This document shows, in pieces, positions 58,171 to 64,000 of a stretch of 64,000 bases of DNA. The stretch comes from a virus (taxonomy: Duplodnaviria > Caudoviricetes), in IMG/VR virus record IMGVR_UViG_3300025608_000722, positions 15,933 to 79,932 of that record. One strand, written 5' to 3'. Under the pieces are notes generated by a model, which saw only the letters and a program-made list of their open reading frames with translations, did not search any database and was not told the DNA's origin. A program made the position numbers and the translations under genes. The first letter of the stretch is position 1; each line of letters opens with the position of its first letter.

Positions 58171-59001
58171 ATGAATAAAAGAGTAAATTACCTCAACAAT
58201 AAAGATATTTTGAAAGAAATACACAAATCAAAGAGTACATTCTGTAGTTATACTGCACCTGAATACTCTCAGTATGATTTAATTTTGCCTAGTATTGAAA
58301 AAATTAATATTCGTACTATAGCAGAAGCTAAAAGAGCACAAGCAAAACGCTTGCAACAGGAAGCGTTTGAAAAAGCCAAAGAAGCTGGAAGAAAAGTAAA
58401 ACTAGCAGAATTTGAAGTTGATTATAAAAAGATACAAAAAGAAGACCTAGTGTTTCGCATTATGACTTTTGATCATATTCCGGAAGAACCAGGACGTAAG
58501 AAAAATCCTAAAACAGTAGCCGACTATAAAATTAAATTAAATTTTCCTCCTTTTCAACATTATAAATTTGACGAAAACGACGAACTAGTATGCGTAGGTA
58601 AAAGTCATTGGGAAGGCGGCATGCAAAACGGCTTCTTTAATAAAGACCACGGCAAGGCAACTAACAAACTTGCACTAATGTGGATGAAGCTATGCGATCG
58701 TTATGCTACCCGTGGCAATGTACGAGGTTACACCTACAATGACGAAATGCGTGGACAAGCTATCTTACAATTAGCACAGATCGGACTACAGTTTGACGAG
58801 TCAAAATCAAACAATCCGTTTGCATACTATACAGCGGCAGTTACTAACTCATTTGTACGTGTTATTAACATTGAAAAGCGCAATCAAAACATCCGTGACG
58901 ACATCTTGGAAATGAACGATATGAGCCCGTCATATACTAGACAATCACAAGGAGAATGGGAGAGAAACCTAGAAAGATCAAAAAATGATGCGTCAAAGTA
59001 A
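58171..59001 (+). CDS. gp55: T4 gp55-like late-transcription sigma factor
   Basis: NYLNNKDILKEI; RGYTYNDEMRGQAIL; FDESKSNNPFAYYT...NSFVRVINIEKR; located directly upstream of gp47/gp46. Confidence 0.85.
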   Translation: MNKRVNYLNNKDILKEIHKSKSTFCSYTAPEYSQYDLILPSIEKINIRTIAEAKRAQAKRLQQEAFEKAKEAGRKVKLAEFEVDYKKIQKEDLVFRIMTFDHIPEEPGRKKNPKTVADYKIKLNFPPFQHYKFDENDELVCVGKSHWEGGMQNGFFNKDHGKATNKLALMWMKLCDRYATRGNVRGYTYNDEMRGQAILQLAQIGLQFDESKSNNPFAYYTAAVTNSFVRVINIEKRNQNIRDDILEMNDMSPSYTRQSQGEWERNLERSKNDASK

Positions 59002-59010
59002 AAAAATCGG

Positions 59011-59039
59011 TTGACCTTGTTACAAAACTCAGTTATAAT
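59011..59039 (+). promoter_or_regulatory. Sigma70 promoter for gp47-gp46
   Basis: TTGACC (59011-59016), 17 nt, TATAAT (59034-59039); GAGGA RBS; TTG start at 59060. Confidence 0.85.
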
Positions 59040-59059
59040 AACGAGAAGAGGATTAAAAT

Positions 59060-60070
59060 TTGTTTAAAAAAGCGGCAGTCTTTACAGACATACATTTCGG
59101 CTTGAAAGGTAACAGCAAAGTTCACAACGACGATTGTGAAGAATTTGTAGATTGGTTTATCGAACAAGCAAAAGCTAACGGTTGCGAAACTGGCATTTTC
59201 TGCGGAGATTGGCACCATAACCGAAATAGTCTTAACCTAACAACTATGGATGCTACTATTCGCAGTTTAGAAAAGCTAGGTGCGGCATTTGATAAGTTTT
59301 ATATGTTTGTAGGTAACCACGACTTGTATTATAAAGACAAGCGAGATGTAAGTTCTACAATCTTTGGTAGGCATATTCCTGGGGTTACATTAGTTGACGA
59401 AATCACTGAAATTGAAGATGTTGCACTTGTTCCTTGGTTAGTAGGCGAAGAATGGAAGAAGATCGAAAATATTAAATCTAAATATATGTTTGGACACTTT
59501 GAACTTCCTAGCTTTTACATGAACGCCATGGTACAAATGCCTGATCACGGCGACTTGCGGCCAAGCCACTTTCAGCACCAAGAGTATGTGTTTAGTGGAC
59601 ATTTTCACAAACGTCAAGTACAAGGTAAAATTCATTATATCGGTAATGCGTTTCCGCACAACTATGCAGATGCAGGAGATGATGAACGCGGTATGATGAT
59701 TCTTGATCGTGAAAATAACAAAGAACCTGAATATATCAATTGGTGGAATTGTCCTAAGTATCGTACAACTACATTAAGCAAGTTGTTAGATCCTAATTCA
59801 GATATCATTAAACCTAAAATGTATTTGCGTGTTACTATTGACTTGCCTATTAGTTACGAAGAAGCACAATTTATTAAGGAAACATACATCTCACAACATG
59901 GTTGTAGAGAAATTACACTTATTCCGCAAAAGCAAATTGAAGAAATTACTACAGACTTAGACATTAGTACTTTTGAAACAGTTGACGAAATTGTATCTAA
60001 GGAAATTGCAGAATTAGATACTGAAAACTTTAACAAAAAGATGCTACTAGACATCTATAACGAGCTATAA
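59060..60070 (+). CDS. gp47: Recombination endonuclease subunit (Mre11/SbcD-like)
   Basis: FTDIHFG, CGDWHH, VGNHD, FGHFE, SGHFH metallophosphoesterase motifs. Confidence 0.92.
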   Translation: MFKKAAVFTDIHFGLKGNSKVHNDDCEEFVDWFIEQAKANGCETGIFCGDWHHNRNSLNLTTMDATIRSLEKLGAAFDKFYMFVGNHDLYYKDKRDVSSTIFGRHIPGVTLVDEITEIEDVALVPWLVGEEWKKIENIKSKYMFGHFELPSFYMNAMVQMPDHGDLRPSHFQHQEYVFSGHFHKRQVQGKIHYIGNAFPHNYADAGDDERGMMILDRENNKEPEYINWWNCPKYRTTTLSKLLDPNSDIIKPKMYLRVTIDLPISYEEAQFIKETYISQHGCREITLIPQKQIEEITTDLDISTFETVDEIVSKEIAELDTENFNKKMLLDIYNEL

Positions 60071-60071
60071 A

Positions 60072-61844
60072 ATGATCCGCATAAAAGATTTAACAGTAAA
60101 GAACTTCATGAGCGTGGGCAATCAAACCCAGGCGATTGATTTTAGCAAAGAAAAGTTAACATTAGTTCTTGGTGAAAACTTAGATCAAGGTGGAGACGAT
60201 GCTGGTAGTAGAAACGGAACCGGAAAAACTACTATCATTAATGCTCTTTCATATGCATTGTATGGAACTGCATTAACTAATATTAAACGCAATAACCTTA
60301 TTAATAAAACAAATAGTAAAGGTATGGTTGTATCTTTAGACTTTGAAAAAGATGGTACAACTTATAAAATTGAAAGAGGACGCTCACCTACATTTTTAAA
60401 ATTTTATATTAATAATCAGGAACAAGAAGTATCCGACGAGTCACAAGGTGATTCACGTAAGACTCAAGAGTTTATTAATGATATGCTTGGCATGTCGCAC
60501 GACATGTTTAAACATATTGTTGCACTTAATACCTACTCAGAACCGTTTCTAGCAATGCGGACAAATGATCAACGTGCAATCATTGAGCAATTGTTAGGTA
60601 TTACTATTTTGTCAGAAAAAGCAGATGCCCTTAAAGAGCAAGTTCGACAAACTAAAGAAGCAATTACACAAGAGACTCTTAAAATCGAAGCAATCCAGAC
60701 TGCAAATGAAAAAATTAGTTCAACAATTGAAAGTCTAAAAAGTACTCAACGTGCTTGGCTTGCTAAAAAAGAACAAGACTGTACAAGATTACAACAAGGT
60801 ATTACAGAATTAGAACATTTAGATGTAGAGTCTGAACTAGAAGCGCATGAAAAACTAGCTAATTGGACTGAACATAACAACGCCATTTTGGCTCTTAAAA
60901 AAGAATTAAGCACACTGGAGCCGGCACTACAACGTGCAGACAAGGCTGTTGAAAAGGCTGTTAAAGATATCGCAGAATTAGAAGATGCAGTGTGTTATAC
61001 ATGTGGTCAGGAGCTACATGAAGATAAAAAAGCAGAAATTGCAGAGCGTAAAACAAAAGAATTTGATGATGCAAACTCTTATCAAAACGAAATTGCAAAC
61101 AAACTTGCCGATGTATTAAAGGCGCTTGATAATATCGGTGACATCAATGGTAAGCCTACAACATTCTATGAAAGTGCTAAAGAGGCATACGACCATAGAC
61201 AAAACGTTGATAGTTTGAAGCAAACACTTGCTAACAAACAACAAGAAATCGATCCGTATCAGACACAAATTGATGAACTAAGCAATAGTGCTATACAACA
61301 GATTGATTGGAGTGCAGTTAATGATCTTACAAGTTACAAAGAACATCAAGAGTTTTTGTTAAAACTGCTTACAAACAAAGACAGTTTTATTCGCAAGAAA
61401 ATTATTGAACAAAATCTAGCATATCTTAATAACAGACTTACATATTATCTTGATCGCTTAGGATTGCCGCACCAAGTTGTATTCCAAAACGATTTGAATG
61501 TTGAGATTACACAGCTAGGACAAGATCTAGACTTTGATAACTTATCACGTGGTGAGCGCAACAGACTTATCTTGGGTATGAGTTTTGCATTCCGCGATGT
61601 TTGGGAAAGTTTATATCAGAATATCAACTTGTTGTTCATTGACGAGTTGATTGATAGTGGTATGGACACTGCTGGTGTTGAAGGATCACTTGCTGTTCTT
61701 AAAAAGATTGCACGAGAACGCGAAAAGAATATTTTCTTAATTTCGCATAAAGATGAACTAGTAGGAAGAGTGAACACTATTCTTAAAGTTGTAAAAGAGA
61801 ACGGATTTACAAGTTACGAGAATGATGTTGAAGTAGTAGAATGA
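60072..61844 (+). CDS. gp46: Recombination endonuclease ATPase subunit (Rad50/SbcC-like)
   Basis: NGTGKT Walker A, CYTC Zn hook, LSRGE signature, LLFIDE Walker B, ISH. Confidence 0.92.
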   Translation: MIRIKDLTVKNFMSVGNQTQAIDFSKEKLTLVLGENLDQGGDDAGSRNGTGKTTIINALSYALYGTALTNIKRNNLINKTNSKGMVVSLDFEKDGTTYKIERGRSPTFLKFYINNQEQEVSDESQGDSRKTQEFINDMLGMSHDMFKHIVALNTYSEPFLAMRTNDQRAIIEQLLGITILSEKADALKEQVRQTKEAITQETLKIEAIQTANEKISSTIESLKSTQRAWLAKKEQDCTRLQQGITELEHLDVESELEAHEKLANWTEHNNAILALKKELSTLEPALQRADKAVEKAVKDIAELEDAVCYTCGQELHEDKKAEIAERKTKEFDDANSYQNEIANKLADVLKALDNIGDINGKPTTFYESAKEAYDHRQNVDSLKQTLANKQQEIDPYQTQIDELSNSAIQQIDWSAVNDLTSYKEHQEFLLKLLTNKDSFIRKKIIEQNLAYLNNRLTYYLDRLGLPHQVVFQNDLNVEITQLGQDLDFDNLSRGERNRLILGMSFAFRDVWESLYQNINLLFIDELIDSGMDTAGVEGSLAVLKKIAREREKNIFLISHKDELVGRVNTILKVVKENGFTSYENDVEVVE

Positions 61845-62041
61845 ATGACGACACTCACGATTTATTAACTAAAGCCTATATGGCGTATTTTAAAGCAAAC
61901 GAAAAGTTTGAAGCTAGAAACTCTACACGAACACATCGAGAAAGTAGAAAATGGCTAAGAGAAATACGTACTTTAGCAAAATTACGGATGGACGAAATAC
62001 ACGAAAAACATCAAACCAAAAATGAAGGCAAAGACGAATAG
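61841..62041 (+). CDS. Small helical protein, Hc1/histone-H1-like family (putative)
   Basis: 66 aa. EKFEARNSTRTHRESRKWLREIRTLAKLRMDEI resembles the EKF..GNKAAG.R.RK.L.EI...A...R.EI pattern. Confidence 0.5.
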   Translation: MNDDTHDLLTKAYMAYFKANEKFEARNSTRTHRESRKWLREIRTLAKLRMDEIHEKHQTKNEGKDE

Positions 62042-62059
62042 GCACACATATATAAGTTC

Positions 62060-62509
62060 ATGCAGTGGACTTATCAAGGAAAAACAATTGACGAAATACC
62101 AGACGAATATGAAGGCTTTGTTTACCTTATTACCAACACCACTACAGGCCAAAAATACATAGGCAAAAAACTAGCCAAATTTAAAACTACTAAGCCACCA
62201 CTCAAAGGCAAGAAGAATAAGAGACGCGGCACTAAGGAAAGCGATTGGCGTGATTACTGGGGTTCTAGTGATAGACTCAATGCAGATGTAGCCGCACTAG
62301 GCGAAGATAAGTTTACAAGAGAAATATTATACCTATGTAAAGGTAGAGGCGAAATGTCCTATATAGAGGCAAGAGAGCAATTTGACCGCCGTGTATTAGA
62401 GAGCGACGAGTATTACAATGGAATTATTAATGTTAGAGTTGGCGGTTCCGATAAATTGCGACAGGCATTGTTAGAGCATCAAATTAAGGCAAAACAATCC
62501 AACACTTAA
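62060..62509 (+). CDS. Small GIY-YIG family nuclease-like protein
   Basis: GFVYLITN...KYIGKK, DYWGSS, conserved Glu (YIEARE) and YYN. Confidence 0.8.
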   Translation: MQWTYQGKTIDEIPDEYEGFVYLITNTTTGQKYIGKKLAKFKTTKPPLKGKKNKRRGTKESDWRDYWGSSDRLNADVAALGEDKFTREILYLCKGRGEMSYIEAREQFDRRVLESDEYYNGIINVRVGGSDKLRQALLEHQIKAKQSNT

Positions 62510-62940
62510 GGTTGGCGGGCCAGTTTGCAAATACCGCTGTGGAAAAAGCTCTCGTATAGAAGCACACGTACATATTGATCGACGCACCAGAGTGCGGAAG
62601 CCATCAGACAAATTGGGCTACTGGTTGATATAGATAGATTGTTGGCTGTCGAAAAACTGCACATTACACATAAAAACCGTATGCATAGGAACGAAGCAAC
62701 GGGTATTATACGGTGTAGCGTATATTTTAAGAATATACGGTATAGCGTATAAGATGTCGACGTAGGTTGGGAAAGGTCAGAGCCCATTGTGTAGCAGATA
62801 AACACCTACTTCCAAGTCTCGGCTGTGACGAACTCACATGAAGTTTTGAGATTAGATGGAACCGTAACAGGTTCCGTCTGACTGAAACAATCTACATGAA
62901 GCAATTACATTATTGCTATCGCAATAATGCTTTAATTCAT
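62499..62940 (+). ncRNA. Candidate large structured non-coding RNA or structured cis-element; strand inferred from the upstream gene
   Basis: About 43% GC by hand count over 62521-62880, in a non-coding gap. More than 10 hand-found helices, including a 12-bp stem (62852-62863/62870-62881) and a 9-bp stem (62908-62916/62921-62929). Confidence 0.6.
62706..62752. repeat. Two tandem 18-bp quasi-palindromic units
   Basis: TATACG-GTGTAG-CGTATA (62707-62724) and TATACG-GTATAG-CGTATA (62734-62751). Confidence 0.85.
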
Positions 62941-62995
62941 ATCTATTACTTCTATCAACAAACGAAGTGTTATAGTTTGAGCGTTAGCGAAAACT

Positions 62996-63015
62996 AAATG
63001 AGCGTTAGCTCATTT
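62996..63015 (-). terminator. Probable intrinsic terminator for the convergent minus-strand genes, possibly bidirectional
   Basis: AAATGAGC-4 nt-GCTCATTT stem; on the minus strand the stem is followed by TTTAGTTTT. Confidence 0.5.
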
Positions 63016-63027
63016 CAATCATATAGA

Positions 63028-63213
63028 TTAATGTAAATCAGGATCTCTTCCAAAACCCGACTTTACTAAACTGATTTTAATTTCTTGATATGTTAAGACT
63101 ATTTCAGGTAAAATAGATTTCATATGACTGATATACTCATCTGCTTCATTTAATGAATTGACAGTTTCGTATACATGATCGTTTCGATCAATAATATTAT
63201 ATCTTGTAATCAT
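63028..63213 (-). CDS. Small hypothetical protein
   Basis: 61-aa ORF with TTAAATA box at 63221-63227. Confidence 0.55.
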   Translation of the reverse strand: MITRYNIIDRNDHVYETVNSLNEADEYISHMKSILPEIVLTYQEIKISLVKSGFGRDPDLH

Positions 63214-63264
63214 AGTTGATTATTTAATATCATATAAAATTTAAAAAAATACAAACTTAATAGA

Positions 63265-63900
63265 TTAGAGGTTAAGAAACTCTTTTGTTTTTATTCTTTC
63301 TATGCACTGATCGTAATCATCATAGATACTAAACTGCAATTGCACCCTAACATCGTTTGTGTCATTTCTAACACCATGAGGAACTTCTGTATTTGTAATT
63401 GTAGGATGTTTTAAAGAATAAAAATGAGATCCTAAATATAGATCGTCGTTATGGTCAGCATCATTACCGTGAATGTCTAATCCTTCTAGAATTTTCTGTT
63501 CGTAAAAATCAATAGGAGCATCTTTGCCCGCTGGGCAAATAGGAAACATAATACATGCTTTGCGAGAAAAGTCGATATGCGGTCTAAAAACAAATCCCGG
63601 TTTGTATACAACTATTGCAATATTTCCACTTCCAATTTTTTTAGTAAGTGGGTTAAACATTTTTACTAGATTTTTAATGACAGGGTACGTTAAGTAGTCG
63701 TCAGATTTAATTGAACTAAACAGACCGTGTGTAGCACGATCGCGTATCGTACTATAATCAATTTCTTGATCTTTAATCTCGTTATAGAGTTCTTGTAATT
63801 CTCTTAACGGATATTCAATGTCGGTAATAGTATATGCGTATTTTTCTGTATTAGATGTTATTTCTCTTCTATCAGTGAACATCTTCTCTCCAATCATCAT
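63265..63900 (-). CDS. 2OG-Fe(II) oxygenase-like protein
   Basis: YKPGFVFRPHID (HxD), CIMFPI, NTEVPHGVRN...RVQLQFS. Start may be ATG 63882 (GGAGAG RBS). Confidence 0.7.
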   Translation of the reverse strand: MMIGEKMFTDRREITSNTEKYAYTITDIEYPLRELQELYNEIKDQEIDYSTIRDRATHGLFSSIKSDDYLTYPVIKNLVKMFNPLTKKIGSGNIAIVVYKPGFVFRPHIDFSRKACIMFPICPAGKDAPIDFYEQKILEGLDIHGNDADHNDDLYLGSHFYSLKHPTITNTEVPHGVRNDTNDVRVQLQFSIYDDYDQCIERIKTKEFLNL

Positions 63901-63946
63901 TATATAGGTATTTATTAAGAGTAAATAAGTAAAATTGTTTTAAGAG

Positions 63947-63954
63947 TATAAATA
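63947..63954 (+). promoter_or_regulatory. T4-type late promoter
   Basis: Exact TATAAATA, followed by AGGAG RBS and ATG at 63976. Confidence 0.7.
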
Positions 63955-63975
63955 TTACTGACAGGAGTATACAAT

Positions 63976-64000
63976 ATGAAAGTATTTGACATTTTAACAG
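63976..64000 (+). CDS. 5' fragment of a late gene (MKVFDILT...), truncated by the window edge
   Basis: ATG with RBS and late promoter upstream. Confidence 0.6.

Noticed and set aside
855-61000. The remaining 60-150-aa ORFs nested in or antisense to long genes (for example 26705-27157, 25051-25422, 49088-49423, 42952-43251)
   Set aside because: Fully overlap well-supported genes and have no motifs or RBS.
62060-62509. GIY-YIG gene as the homing endonuclease of an intron interrupting a phage gene
   Set aside because: The upstream genes are intact and no downstream exon exists on the plus strand; only the stand-alone ribozyme-like idea is kept, as a low-confidence finding.
62506-62805. 99-aa minus-strand ORF inside the structured region
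   Set aside because: No RBS or promoter, no protein-like motifs; best explained as a chance ORF in a GC-richer structured element.
62768-62830. Resemblance of GGGAAAGGUC...AAGUCUCGGCU to RNase P RNA CR-I/CR-V
   Set aside because: The two segments are only about 40 nt apart, leaving no room for the RNase P domains, and the other conserved regions were not found.
62706-63015. Short direct repeats as a possible CRISPR mini-array
   Set aside because: Only two copies of each, 11-18 bp long, with 9-10-nt separators; no repeat-spacer periodicity and no cas genes.
1-64000. Stop-codon reassignment (code 15 or code 4), as seen in some jumbo phages
   Set aside because: Genes are full length and tightly packed under code 11, including a 15-kb ORF; TAA, TGA and TAG (62039-62041) all end genes.
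1-64000. tRNA genes, reverse transcriptase/DGR, integrase or IS elements
   Set aside because: None recognised. Intergenic gaps other than 62510-63027 are under about 85 bp and AT-rich, and no cloverleaf was seen in the large gap.

Overview
A 64-kb, AT-rich, gene-dense segment of a large T4-related myophage (Caudoviricetes). It reads in standard code 11, and the host cannot be determined from this window. (1) 23-5871: an accessory block with a TctA transporter, a methyltransferase with a degenerate ACP-like N-terminus, a minimal adenylate-forming enzyme, an (R)-amine-transaminase-like PLP enzyme, a DUF6356-like protein, a GNAT-like protein and a 2OG-Fe(II) hydroxylase. (2) 5946-23921: a QueC-like PP-loop enzyme followed by 11 radical-SAM ORFs in three paralog subfamilies, interleaved with a methyltransferase and four glycosyltransferases. 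(3) 23914-58088: a contractile tail/baseplate module on the same minus strand as most of block 2. It contains fibre proteins, a 4987-aa baseplate protein, gp6-like and gp25-like subunits, a PAAR-M15 peptidase fusion, a gp5-like spike with a GH19 domain, a hub, a gp53/LysM-like subunit and a tube initiator. (4) 58171-62509: gp55-like late sigma factor, gp47/gp46, an Hc1-like small protein and a small GIY-YIG protein. (5) A hairpin-dense non-coding stretch of about 520 bp that overlaps the GIY-YIG stop codon, followed by small genes. The two best candidates for undescribed biology are the radical-SAM/glycosyltransferase cluster linked to the tail genes and the GIY-YIG plus structured-RNA locus. 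All protein assignments come from motif recognition by eye; no database searches or folding programs were run.
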